Below are positions 44,565 through 54,017 of a stretch of 64,000 bases of DNA, piece by piece. Every line of letters begins with the position of its first letter. Position 1 is the first letter of the stretch. Position numbers and translations under genes: made by a program. Under the pieces are notes generated by a model, which saw only the letters and a list, made by a program, of their open reading frames with translations, made no database searches and had not been told where the DNA came from. The stretch spans positions 2,347 to 66,346 of the forward strand of contig JASJCR010000052.1 in the NCBI GenBank assembly GCA_030065875.1, in the 5' to 3' direction. The DNA comes from Ardenticatenaceae bacterium (GTDB lineage: Bacteria; Chloroflexota; Anaerolineae; Promineifilales; Promineifilaceae).

Positions 44565-46975
44565 GCGTTATCTGGTACAAAGTTTGGAACGATATCTGGC
44601 AGCGCAAGGTGCGCACAGCCCTGGCCGTCTTTAGCATTGCGGCCGGTGTTTTTGCCATCGGCACCATCTTTGGCATGGTCGATCAACTGCTGAGTACGAT
44701 GAACGCCTCTCACCAGGCGACCAACCCCTCACACGTTAACGTGATATTGCGCCAGCGCATCGATCTGGAAACCGTTCGCGGTCTGGAACGGATTGAGGGG
44801 ATTGTGGGGGTTGAGCCGCTCAATATTTTAGCCGGCCGCTACAAAACCGATCCTGACGGCCGGTGGGAATCAGCCACGTTTGTCATGCGCAACGAGTTTG
44901 ATAATCAGCAATTTGACCAGCTAACCCTTCTGGAGGGGGATTGGCCTAACCGAGGAAATATCGCCGTTGAACGGCTGTCGCACAATGCCTTTGATATCGA
45001 TATAGGCGACAGTTTGATTTTAGAGCTCGACGGGACCGATCGAGCCTTTCCGGTAACCGGCATGATCCGCCATCCCTTTGTCCCTCCACCAGATTTTGGG
45101 GGAGATGCTCATATACTGCTCAGCGAAGAGGTTGTGGCACGCATGGGTATTCCGCAGGGGCTTTATAATCAGCTGCTCGTACAGGTTGAACCTTACAGCG
45201 AAGCATATGCGCGCGATCGGATGGCGGTTGTCAAAGATCAGCTGGCGAAGCAGGGGTTGGGAATTGTCTTTACCGTCTACCAAGAGCCGGAGGAGCATTG
45301 GGGTCAGCCGTTTCTGGAAGGGGTAAACCTGGTGCTGCAGGTGCTGGCCATTGTCTCCTTGTTTGCCAGCGTGATTTTGGTGATAAACACCATGACGGCG
45401 GTGATTACCCAGCAAATCGATCAAATTGGGGTAATCAAGGCTCTGGGCGGCACAACCGACCTGCTGACGCGTGTCTATCTGGCGGGCGTTCTGATCTATG
45501 GGGTGCTGGCGGCCGTTATTGCCCTGCCGCTGGGCATGTTGATGGCTTACGCGGCCAGCCGGTGGATGCTCAACATTTTTAATATCGACTATGAAATCTT
45601 TCAATTTTCAACGCGGGCGGTTGTTTTCCAGCTGCTGGCGGCTCTGATCGCCCCGCTGCTGGCCGCACTGTGGCCGGTAATGCAGGGAGCGGCCATTTCC
45701 GTGCGCGAAGCGATCGCTTCTTATGGCCTGGGGGGGGATTTTGGCTTTAGCCGCTTTGACCGGTTGATTGAGGGAGTTGCGCAGCGCTTTTTATCTTCTC
45801 CATACGCCATTGCCCTGGGGAATATGTTTCGTCGCAAAGGGCGACTTTTATTAACGCAGGGGGTGCTAATTATCGCCGGCACGATGTTTATGATGGTCTT
45901 GACCCTCTCCAATTCGGTCAATTTCACCCTGGAGAATGAGCTGGCACGCCGCGGCTATGAGATCCGCTTTGTCCTTGGGGGGTTGGAGCGAGAGAGCCGG
46001 GTGACTGAGCTGGCCCTGCGATATCCGGAAATCGTGGCCGCCGAGGCGTGGTATACCGTCACCGGAACCGTTACCCGCGAAGGAGAAGCGGTCAAGGATA
46101 CGGCCGGTTTGGGGTCTGAGCTGTTTGCGGTACCTTCCGGCAGCCGCATGTACACGCCAAATATTGTAGCCGGCCGGTGGCTGACCGAAAGCGATCGGGG
46201 GAACGTGGTGATCATCAGCAAAGACACGGCTGAATTTAATGGCTTGACCCTAGGAGACAGATTAACCATCGATCTGGGTGAATTAGGGGAAGGGGTTTGG
46301 GAAATTATCGGAATTTATCAGGCGATCGCTTCGGAGCCGTTTTCGACCGATCCGATTTATGCGCCGGAAGCGGCCGTGACGGCCGTGACCAAAAAAGCCA
46401 ATCGGGCCCGTCAGCTTTATTTGACGATTGACCCACCAACCGCGGCCGTGACCGGTGAGCTTAAGCGGGAGCTTGTGAGTGATTTTGAAATGCTGAATAT
46501 TCCGGTGAGCATGTTTCAAACCCGCACGATACATGAGGAGCGAGCGTACGCATATGAGCAGTTCAGCATCGTGACGCAGCTGCTGTTGGGTCTATCAATT
46601 GTCATGGCTTTGGTCGGGGGTGTGGGGCTGGCTGGGGCGCTGTCGATCAGCGTGGTCGAGCGGACCCGCGAAATCGGGGTTTTGCGCGCTATTGGAGCCG
46701 AATCCGCCTCAATTATGGGGATGTTTATGATGGAAGGGGTCTTGCAGGGGGTCATGAGCTGGATTTTGGCGGTGCCAATCGCCTTTATCGTGGCTCGGCC
46801 GATGGCCCTGGCGCTGGGTGAAATTATGCTGCAGACCGGTCTTGATTTTTCCTTTGACTTTGCAGCCGTGGGGTACTGGCTGCTGCTGGTTGTGGTGATT
46901 TCCACGCTGGCTTCGGTGCTGCCTGCTCTGAGCGCGACCCGGATTAGCGTGCGGGAGAGCTTGGCCTATGGGTAG
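44561..46975 (+). CDS. ABC transporter permease with two FtsX-type domains (MacB-like)
   Basis: 804-aa ORF. Each of the two four-TM blocks follows a large extracytoplasmic domain. It is translationally coupled to the ATPase. Confidence 0.88.
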   Translation: MSVIWYKVWNDIWQRKVRTALAVFSIAAGVFAIGTIFGMVDQLLSTMNASHQATNPSHVNVILRQRIDLETVRGLERIEGIVGVEPLNILAGRYKTDPDGRWESATFVMRNEFDNQQFDQLTLLEGDWPNRGNIAVERLSHNAFDIDIGDSLILELDGTDRAFPVTGMIRHPFVPPPDFGGDAHILLSEEVVARMGIPQGLYNQLLVQVEPYSEAYARDRMAVVKDQLAKQGLGIVFTVYQEPEEHWGQPFLEGVNLVLQVLAIVSLFASVILVINTMTAVITQQIDQIGVIKALGGTTDLLTRVYLAGVLIYGVLAAVIALPLGMLMAYAASRWMLNIFNIDYEIFQFSTRAVVFQLLAALIAPLLAALWPVMQGAAISVREAIASYGLGGDFGFSRFDRLIEGVAQRFLSSPYAIALGNMFRRKGRLLLTQGVLIIAGTMFMMVLTLSNSVNFTLENELARRGYEIRFVLGGLERESRVTELALRYPEIVAAEAWYTVTGTVTREGEAVKDTAGLGSELFAVPSGSRMYTPNIVAGRWLTESDRGNVVIISKDTAEFNGLTLGDRLTIDLGELGEGVWEIIGIYQAIASEPFSTDPIYAPEAAVTAVTKKANRARQLYLTIDPPTAAVTGELKRELVSDFEMLNIPVSMFQTRTIHEERAYAYEQFSIVTQLLLGLSIVMALVGGVGLAGALSISVVERTREIGVLRAIGAESASIMGMFMMEGVLQGVMSWILAVPIAFIVARPMALALGEIMLQTGLDFSFDFAAVGYWLLLVVVISTLASVLPALSATRISVRESLAYG

Positions 46976-47068
46976 GAGACTACAGACTTCAGACGAGAGA
47001 CGAGAGACGAGAGACGAGAGACGAGAGACGAGAGACGAGAGACGAGAGACGAGAGACGAGAGACGAGA
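46976..47068. repeat. Perfect heptanucleotide tandem array (GACGAGA x ~11) with degenerate leading units
   Basis: gagacta cagactt ca, then gacgaga repeated about 11 times, immediately after the permease stop. Confidence 0.9.
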
Positions 47069-47256
47069 GAGGGCTTGACATAAAGATGAGAAGAAATTAA
47101 ACTTTTTAAAGAATCGTAAATCGTCTTCTCCCACCAAACTCCTACCCCTTTTTTCCACAGTAGTACCTTCTTCCTCTATACGCTTCCTGTTAAACCGTTT
47201 ACACTTGACTCATCTTAGCTGCAGTAACAAAACTGCAAGGCGGTTAAAAAAACCGC

Positions 47257-47574
47257 GTGAGAGGCGACACGGTATTTTGCGGTGCGTCACACCTTAGAGG
47301 AAGCATTTTTGTGAGTCCGGTTAGTCTTAAAAAGAGAGTCACATACCAAAGTGTAAGGCGGTCGGCCATCCGCCTTTTTTGGTTCGCTTTATGGGTTGGG
47401 ATGGTTCAACCGGCGGCGGCAGCCGAACGGTTGGCCCCTCTAACCCAGGAAGCTGAGATTCCTTTTGAAACCTGGGTCATGATTGGCGTGGTGGCCACCG
47501 GGTTACTCCTGTTGGGGTTCGCACTTTTTCGACCCCGGCCGCAGGTAGATCCGATCACGTCAGACGAAAGTTAA
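47257..47574 (+). CDS. Possible small membrane protein
   Basis: 105-aa ORF (GTG start) with two hydrophobic segments (LFWFALWVGMV, VMIGVVATGLLLLGFALF). No family recognised. Confidence 0.3.
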   Translation: MRGDTVFCGASHLRGSIFVSPVSLKKRVTYQSVRRSAIRLFWFALWVGMVQPAAAAERLAPLTQEAEIPFETWVMIGVVATGLLLLGFALFRPRPQVDPITSDES

Positions 47575-47583
47575 CAGCAATTT

Positions 47584-47812
47584 AGCACGGCGCTGCGCGC
47601 CTTTTAGCAAATCAGTCATCTTGCCAGTGAACAAAGTGCTTCATCCTTGCCCACATCCCAAACTATAAGCACCTTGTAATTCACCTCCCCACATTCCTGC
47701 TCAATAGCCCACGAGACGGTGCTTAGCACCGCTCTGCAAGCACGCCCATCGATATGGTGTATCACCATCCCTGCCTTATTCTGAGGCGCTGAAAGGCGCG
47801 CAGCGCCGTGCT
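47584..47812. mobile_element. 229-bp element bounded by perfect 21-bp inverted repeats
   Basis: AGCACGGCGCTGCGCGCCTTT (47584-47604) and AAAGGCGCGCAGCGCCGTGCT (47792-47812). The interior holds only a short minus-strand ORF. Confidence 0.6.
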
Positions 47813-47877
47813 GGGGCGCTGTTATCCCCCGATTTCGGCACATGCCGATCCCCCTAAATTTGTTACAATCGCATCAT

Positions 47878-48996
47878 ATGGTTCATATCGGGATTAACGC
47901 ACAGCTGCTGACCCGCGCGGCAAATTACCGGCGGGCAGGAATTCACACGTTTATCGCGGAAACCCTTCGTCATTTACCTGATGACCTTGGCCAAATAACG
48001 GTTTTCTCGGGGGATCCTCCTGAATTTCTAAATCAGCTTCCATTTGAAGTGACCGGCCGCTCCTGGGCGACGCGTCACCCGGCCACACGGATTTTGTGGG
48101 AACAGCTGGTGTGGCCGGCATTGGCCAGCCGTCGTCAAATCGATCTGCTGCACAGCATGGCCTTTGTTTCCCCTGTTTTCACTTCGATTCCGACAATAGT
48201 GACCGTTTATGATTTGAGTTTTTTGCGCTATCCGCAGGCGTTCCCTCGCCTGCAGCAGCGCTATCTGGCCACGCAAACCCGCCGTTCATGCCAAACGGCC
48301 GCGCGTGTTTTGGCTATCTCACAATCAGGACGGGAGGATATCCACCGCGAATTTGGGGTGCCTTTGGAGCGTATTGACGTCATTTATCCTGGGTTAGGTA
48401 CACGGTTCCAGCCGCCTGCTGAGGCCAGCCTGGCCGCTTTCAAAGAGCGTTACCGGCCGCCGGAGCGATTTATTTTGCATGTGGGCACGCTCCAGCCGCG
48501 CAAAAACCTGAGTACCCTGTTGCAGGCGGTTGATTTACTCGATGATCCGGATTTGCATGTGGTTTTGGTGGGGGGCAAGGGGTGGCTGTATGATGAGCTG
48601 TTTGCCCAGGTTAACCGGCTGGGTTTAAGTCATCGGGTCCATTTCCAGGGGTATGTGCCGGATGAGGATTTGCCCTGCTGGTATGGGGCCGCTGAGCTGT
48701 TGGCTTTCCCATCAATTTATGAGGGCTTTGGCATGCCGATCATTCAGGCGATGGCCTGCGGCACGCCGGTTGTGGCTTCAAATGCTTCCGCGATGCCGGA
48801 AGCTGCAGGAGAAGCGGCCGTGCTGGTTGATCCGTTCGACGTGGAAGCGTTTGCAGAAGGTATGGTGTCCGTATTGAATAACCGGGCACAAGCGGCTACA
48901 ATGCGCGCTGCCGGTTTGCGCCAGGCGGCAAAGTTTACCTGGGCGGCGGCCGGGCAGGCGACCGGAGCAAGCTACCTCCAGGCGCTAAATCAATGA
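47878..48996 (+). CDS. Glycosyltransferase family 4 (GT-B)
   Basis: Start taken at MVHIGINAQLL. EGFGMPIIQAMACGTPVVASN matches the GT4 E-x7-E region. Confidence 0.88.
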   Translation: MVHIGINAQLLTRAANYRRAGIHTFIAETLRHLPDDLGQITVFSGDPPEFLNQLPFEVTGRSWATRHPATRILWEQLVWPALASRRQIDLLHSMAFVSPVFTSIPTIVTVYDLSFLRYPQAFPRLQQRYLATQTRRSCQTAARVLAISQSGREDIHREFGVPLERIDVIYPGLGTRFQPPAEASLAAFKERYRPPERFILHVGTLQPRKNLSTLLQAVDLLDDPDLHVVLVGGKGWLYDELFAQVNRLGLSHRVHFQGYVPDEDLPCWYGAAELLAFPSIYEGFGMPIIQAMACGTPVVASNASAMPEAAGEAAVLVDPFDVEAFAEGMVSVLNNRAQAATMRAAGLRQAAKFTWAAAGQATGASYLQALNQ

Positions 48997-49011
48997 TAGT
49001 GAAGCGATACT

Positions 49012-50436
49012 ATGCGTCTCAATACGCGTCCCATACGCATTTTAACTTTTTTAACTGACATCCTGCTGATCAATTTGGCCTTTTATCTGGCGCACATGGT
49101 CCGCTATGATTTTCAGTTTCCGGCATCCATTCAAACATATCATCCTTTTGGCGCTTATCAATCGCAGCAGATTTTGCTGAATTTCTTCATGCTGGCCGCT
49201 TTTTGGCAGCTAAAAGTATGGCGCCGCCGCCGGGGTGAATTTTGGATCGATGAGGTAGGGCGCTTGGTTGCGGCTACCGCTGTCGGTATCGCCTTGATGA
49301 TCATTTATGTCTTTGTCGCTTTTCCAACCGCTTTTTCTCGTTATTTTTGGGCGCTGGTGCCGATTTTTATCGTCGTACTGCTGGCTGTTGCCCGTGCCGG
49401 CCGGCGCTGGTTTTTAAATATTTTGTACCTGCGGGGGTGGTGGACCGATCCGGTGCTCATCGTCGGCGCGGGGGAAACCGGCCGGGGGGTGCTGCGCACC
49501 ATTCTGGCTCGCCCTGATTTGGGATTTCGACCGATCGGTTTTATGCATGATGGGCAACAGTATGATATGCCCGGTTTGGGGAAGCGCATTCCCGATTTAG
49601 GGCGCTTTGATGACTTGCCCCGCGTGCTGCAAACTGAAGCAAATTTACACTCCGTTTTTATCGCCCTTCCAGCCGCGATGCACCAGCAGACAACTCGGCT
49701 TATTCGCATTTGTCGACAGCATAATGTGGCGGTTCAGGTTGCGCCAGATATGTTTCAGCTCAGCTTGAGCCGGGTTGAATTTACCAATATGGCCGGGATT
49801 CCGGTGTTAGGGATGCGCGAAGTCCGTTTTGGGGCGCTCAACCGGCTGTTGAAACGTTTGCTGGACGCGGTGCTGGTGATCATTGGGGCGGTTCCGGCAT
49901 TAACTGTAGGGGCTTTGATTGCCCTGGCCATTAAACTCGACTCATCAGGTCCGGTATTTTATGTGGCTGAGCGGATCGGCCGCAACGGCAAGCCGTTTCG
50001 GATGTATAAATTTCGTTCGATGGTAGTCGATGCGGACAGCCAGAAAAGCGCGCTGGCGCAGCTCAATGAGGCAGAAGGCCCGATTTTTAAGATCAGAGAT
50101 GATCCCCGGCTGACTCGCGTGGGTCGTTTGATTCGCCGCTTGAGCCTGGACGAACTGCCGCAGTTGATCAACGTGATGCGCGGTGAAATGAGTTTGGTCG
50201 GCCCCCGCCCACCTCTCAAAGAAGAAGTGGATCAATATCAATCGTGGCACAAACAGCGCCTGGCGGTTCGGGGTGGCATTACCGGCCTGTGGCAGGTCAG
50301 CGGCCGTTCTGACTTAACATTTGATGAGCAGTGCCTGCTCGATATTTACTACATCGAAAATTGGTCGCTGAGCCTCGACTTGCGGATTATTGTGCAGACG
50401 ATTCCGTATGCGTTGTTTGGGAGAGGCGCATATTAA
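49012..50436 (+). CDS. Polyprenyl-phosphate glycosyl-1-phosphate transferase (WbaP/WcaJ type)
   Basis: 474-aa ORF with N-terminal TM segments, a central Rossmann-like VLIVGAGETG, and a C-terminal catalytic domain (KFRSM, LDELPQLINVMRGEMSLVGPRP). Confidence 0.9.
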   Translation: MRLNTRPIRILTFLTDILLINLAFYLAHMVRYDFQFPASIQTYHPFGAYQSQQILLNFFMLAAFWQLKVWRRRRGEFWIDEVGRLVAATAVGIALMIIYVFVAFPTAFSRYFWALVPIFIVVLLAVARAGRRWFLNILYLRGWWTDPVLIVGAGETGRGVLRTILARPDLGFRPIGFMHDGQQYDMPGLGKRIPDLGRFDDLPRVLQTEANLHSVFIALPAAMHQQTTRLIRICRQHNVAVQVAPDMFQLSLSRVEFTNMAGIPVLGMREVRFGALNRLLKRLLDAVLVIIGAVPALTVGALIALAIKLDSSGPVFYVAERIGRNGKPFRMYKFRSMVVDADSQKSALAQLNEAEGPIFKIRDDPRLTRVGRLIRRLSLDELPQLINVMRGEMSLVGPRPPLKEEVDQYQSWHKQRLAVRGGITGLWQVSGRSDLTFDEQCLLDIYYIENWSLSLDLRIIVQTIPYALFGRGAY

Positions 50437-50515
50437 TAGCTAATTTTTAATTTTCAATAGCTAAGTGCTAAATCTTCTAGCTATTAGTTATTAGCCGTTA
50501 GCAATTAGCCATTAA
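50437..50515. repeat. Degenerate heptanucleotide array (TAGCNAN type)
   Basis: tagctaa tttttaa ttttcaa tagctaa gtgctaa ... tagctat tagttat tagccgt tagcaat tagccat taa, between convergent genes. Confidence 0.7.
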
Positions 50516-50922
50516 TCTTCATCCGGCACTTCCGGCTGCTTGAGCTCCACAATTTCCCCATGAACGTTAATGACAATTTTGAACCCCATCATGCCCATCA
50601 TTTGACGGGCCTGCAATGGCATGCCCTGCTTTATGATTTGATCGATATCGATTTGGTCAATTGAGGCATCAACGGCCGCTTTGGTAAAAAGATCGTCTGT
50701 ACCCATAAAATTGAGCGCCTGGGAAACGGCGATATCTTTATTCTGCTGCAGCTGCTCTATAAATACGGTTAACACCTGCCGGTCGACCACTTCCGCATCG
50801 ATGTGGCGATGAAAACCGTTGTCATCCACGATATATTGGGCAGCTGTACCGACAAAACCAACCGCAACCGGTTGATCTTTTTCATCAAATATGAGACCTT
50901 CGAAGAATGCTTTGCTAGACAT
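50512..50922 (-). CDS. Hypothetical protein
   Basis: Start taken at MSSKAFFEGLIFDEKDQPV (136 aa). The longer track ORF extends into a heptamer array. No family recognised. Confidence 0.55.
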   Translation of the reverse strand: MSSKAFFEGLIFDEKDQPVAVGFVGTAAQYIVDDNGFHRHIDAEVVDRQVLTVFIEQLQQNKDIAVSQALNFMGTDDLFTKAAVDASIDQIDIDQIIKQGMPLQARQMMGMMGFKIVINVHGEIVELKQPEVPDED

Positions 50923-50928
50923 GATGTG

Positions 50929-50975
50929 AATTACGAGATACGAAATACGAGATACGAGATGTGATTGATTACTGT
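50929..50975. repeat. Heptanucleotide array (ATACGAG type)
   Basis: attacga gatacga aatacga gatacga gatgtga ttgatta. Confidence 0.65.
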
Positions 50976-51032
50976 ACTGGTTAGCGTAGACGAGTTCGAT
51001 TAGAGAAAAATAAACCCCACCCAAATCCTAAT

Positions 51033-51094
51033 CTCTCCCGTCTCCGGTCTCTTGTCTCTCGTCTCCTGTCTCTGGTCTCCAGTCTGTAGTCTGT
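51033..51094. repeat. Degenerate heptanucleotide array (TCTCNNG), inverse of the 46976 array
   Basis: tctcccg tctccgg tctcttg tctctcg tctcctg tctctgg tctccag tctgtag tctgtta. The reverse complement reads ...gagacNN, like 46976-47068, including the shared cagactacagact end. Confidence 0.8.
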
Positions 51095-51110
51095 TATAAT
51101 TTCCGCCTAT

Positions 51111-51935
51111 ATGTCACAAAAAGAAAGCGATCCTAAACCACTCCCTTCAACGCTGTATACGGAAGAATATTTTTTAACCGCGTGTGAAGGATACGAAGAA
51201 TTTATCGCCTCAGAAGGGCAGCATCTCTCGCGCCGCTTAAATGATGCTTTTGTCGTCGCGGAGGTCAAGCCCGGCATGCGGGTACTCGACGTTGGGTGCG
51301 GCCGGGGAGAGATTTTGCGCCACTGCATGGCCCGGGGGGTTGAAGTGTTTGGCATCGATTATGCTGAAGTGGCGGTGCGCATGAGTCGAGAAGTCATTGA
51401 AGCAACTCAAAAAGAGCTGGCTAATGAAGAACAGTCGATCAAAGCTGGAGTTTGCCTCTCTGATGCCAAAAAATTGCCCTTTCCCGATCGATATTTTGAT
51501 CGGGTTTTGATGTTTGACGTCGTTGAGCATTTGCATCCCTGGGAACTGCAGGAATCGATGGTCGAAATTCGGCGAGTGATGCGCGATGACGGCATGTTTA
51601 TTATTCATACCGCACCCAATCGCTGGTATGATGCCTACGCTTATCCGCTGGTGCGCATGGTGCGCACATTGATGGGTCAGGGTGATAAATACCCCAAAGA
51701 CCCGCGAGCGATTACCCCGGTTAATCAGGACGTGCACGTCAATGAACAGGATCTGCGCAGTATGCACAAGGCGCTTCGATCGGCCGGTTTTCGCGGCAAG
51801 GTGTGGCTCGACTCTCCTCCTCAAAACCGACAGGAAAGCGGTTTGATGGCCATGCTGCGCAAGGTTGCCTTTGACGTCGCCCCCTTTCGCTGGTTTTTTG
51901 AGCGCGAAGTATTTGCTGTTGCCCGAAAAGCATAA
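51111..51935 (+). CDS. Class I SAM-dependent methyltransferase
   Basis: 274-aa ORF with motif I VLDVGCGRGE and post-I FGIDYA. Confidence 0.85.
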   Translation: MSQKESDPKPLPSTLYTEEYFLTACEGYEEFIASEGQHLSRRLNDAFVVAEVKPGMRVLDVGCGRGEILRHCMARGVEVFGIDYAEVAVRMSREVIEATQKELANEEQSIKAGVCLSDAKKLPFPDRYFDRVLMFDVVEHLHPWELQESMVEIRRVMRDDGMFIIHTAPNRWYDAYAYPLVRMVRTLMGQGDKYPKDPRAITPVNQDVHVNEQDLRSMHKALRSAGFRGKVWLDSPPQNRQESGLMAMLRKVAFDVAPFRWFFEREVFAVARKA

Positions 51936-53873
51936 GTGATGCGGCGCTGGCCCATTTTAACGATTTTGCTTCTGGCTTATGGCCTGTCCGTTGTGGGTCT
52001 AAGCGATATGCCTCCTGGGTTAACCCATGATGAGGCGGCTCACGGTTGGGAAGCGCTGCAGGTGTTGGGAGGGGAGTTCCGCTACTACTTCCCCCTGGGA
52101 TACGGCCGGGAGCCACTTTACGCTTATTTGCTGGCCGGCACGATGAAGTTGATCGGGGTCAGCCCCTTTACCCTGCGGCTGGTGATCCCCTGGGCGATGA
52201 TCTATGCTCTGGCCGGCGGCTACAGCTGGAGTCGTCGAGAATTTGGCCGGCCGGCCGCCTTGCTAACGAGCGCCTTTTGGGCGGTTGGATTCTGGCCCAT
52301 CGCCGTCAGCCGGCAGGCGCTGCGATCCGGTCTGCTGCCGCTGCTGCTGGTTTTGATGGCCATTGGCGTCACGCTGGCCCTCAAACCGGCCGCCAAACGA
52401 AAAACACCCTCCTGGCAAATTAGCGCCATCCTTGCTCTGACCGGCGGCTTGATGCTCCACACCTACATCGCTGCCCGCGTGTTGTGGATATTGCCGCTGC
52501 TGTTTTGGCTGGCGCTGTGGATTGTGGATCGAGATCGCGCCCGGATATCAGCCCGGCCGCTTTTACTGGGTACGCTCGGGGGTCTCGTGCTGGGTGCCCC
52601 CCTGATGATATTTTTGCAGCTCAACCCGGGGCTGGAGAGCCGTCTCGATATGCTGAGCCGGCCGCTAACTGCGCTGCTGGACGGGGATGTATGGCCATTG
52701 GTTAACAACAGCTGGGCGTCTCTCAAGGCGCTCGCGTGGCCCGGAGCCGGTGATTATTTTCTGGCGTACAATATTCCCGGCCGGCCGACATTAGAGATCA
52801 CATCCGCGCTGCTGGCCGTTTTGGGTTTGGGAGTCGTCCTGTGGCGCTGGCGTCAACCGCCGTATCTTTATCTGCTGCTGTGGTTGGGGGTGGGGCTTGC
52901 CCCCTCGTTGATTACCGGACCCACAGCCAACACGACGCGAAATATCGGGGCGCTGCCGCCGCTGTATGCCCTAGTGGGGATTGGCGGCTGGGTTTTGATA
53001 CAGCGTTTGCCTCGCGGATGGTGGCGGCCGGCTGTCGGGGTGATTCTGATCACCGCAGCCGCAGGGCAGAGCAGCCGGGATTATTTTGCCGTATGGCAAA
53101 CATCACCTGATGTGCGGGCCGCTTATCAATCGACCATCATCGCTGCGCTGGATGAAATTGAACAAACGATTCCGCCTGACCAGCCGCTGATGATTTCGTC
53201 CGTTTACCCCGGCCCCGCCCACGACCCATTAATTGGTGACCTCGTTTTGGGGGCTGGTGACCGGCCGCTGCGCTGGGTGGATGCCCGGCGAGCGCTTCTT
53301 TTCCCGGCCGGGAACGCCGTAGAGGCGTTTGTGCCCTCTGCGGCCGATTTACATCCGCTGTTCGCCTCGTGGAGCACGGTAAAAAGCCAAACAAACCTGC
53401 CTGCAGGTGAATTGGACCCGCTGATAACCCATTATCAGATCGCTCCCCCGCCTCTGGATAACGTTAACGCACTGGCCGAGTTTGAGGGGGCGATCACGCT
53501 GCTGTCGGCCGAATGGCTGGCTGATAACGTTCCGCCTGGGGGCGTTGCCGAAATGATGACGGTGTGGCAAATTGAAAGCCCGGCCGTCTGGCCCGCGGCA
53601 GCTGATCGAGCCCCGGACCTGGCTATTTTTGTGCATGTTTTAGCAGACGATGGAGAAATTTTTACGCAGGAAGATCGTCTGGATGCGCCTTTTTCAACGT
53701 GGCGGAGCGGAGATTTGCTGGTTCAAATCCATCAGCTGTATTTGCCGCCCGAAACAACGCCTGGGGATTATCGGGGGCGTCTGGGAATGTACGAGCGCGG
53801 CAGCGAGCAGCGCTTAATGACCGCGGCCGGGGAAGATTTTATGATGCTGCCGGCTCTTCAGGTTAGCGAGTAA
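51936..53873 (+). CDS. GT-C fold membrane glycosyltransferase (family 39/ArnT-PMT-like)
   Basis: 645-aa ORF with about 11 TM segments. The first loop PPGLTHDEAAHGWEA carries the DE motif typical of ArnT/PMT-type enzymes. The C-terminal domain is soluble. Confidence 0.7.
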   Translation: MMRRWPILTILLLAYGLSVVGLSDMPPGLTHDEAAHGWEALQVLGGEFRYYFPLGYGREPLYAYLLAGTMKLIGVSPFTLRLVIPWAMIYALAGGYSWSRREFGRPAALLTSAFWAVGFWPIAVSRQALRSGLLPLLLVLMAIGVTLALKPAAKRKTPSWQISAILALTGGLMLHTYIAARVLWILPLLFWLALWIVDRDRARISARPLLLGTLGGLVLGAPLMIFLQLNPGLESRLDMLSRPLTALLDGDVWPLVNNSWASLKALAWPGAGDYFLAYNIPGRPTLEITSALLAVLGLGVVLWRWRQPPYLYLLLWLGVGLAPSLITGPTANTTRNIGALPPLYALVGIGGWVLIQRLPRGWWRPAVGVILITAAAGQSSRDYFAVWQTSPDVRAAYQSTIIAALDEIEQTIPPDQPLMISSVYPGPAHDPLIGDLVLGAGDRPLRWVDARRALLFPAGNAVEAFVPSAADLHPLFASWSTVKSQTNLPAGELDPLITHYQIAPPPLDNVNALAEFEGAITLLSAEWLADNVPPGGVAEMMTVWQIESPAVWPAAADRAPDLAIFVHVLADDGEIFTQEDRLDAPFSTWRSGDLLVQIHQLYLPPETTPGDYRGRLGMYERGSEQRLMTAAGEDFMMLPALQVSE

Positions 53874-54017
53874 GCGTACGGTTTAACATAAAGTTTGGAT
53901 GAAAAAACCGACTTTCCCATTTACGAGCGTGGTGTTGGACGTTAGAATGAGGCTCACGAACCTGGTGCTGCACATCTTTGAACTAAAAACTTTGCGACTT
54001 TGATTTAGGATTGCTCT

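Noticed and set aside
46972-46975. Apparent 1-nt discrepancy between my hand count of the permease stop codon (TAG at 46972-46974) and the ORF-track end (46975).
   Set aside because: This is most likely my counting error. It has no biological meaning, but it is the reason hand-derived coordinates are given with a tolerance of 1-2 nt.
46709-47158. 149-aa minus-strand ORF with a LSSLVSR repeat.
   Set aside because: It is produced by reading through the GACGAGA tandem array and the end of the permease gene. It is an artefact of the repeat.
47616-47843. 75-aa minus-strand ORF inside the inverted-repeat element, considered as a toxin-antitoxin component.
   Set aside because: I recognise no RelE/HigB/ParE-type motifs. 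Part of the ORF is encoded by the terminal inverted repeat itself.
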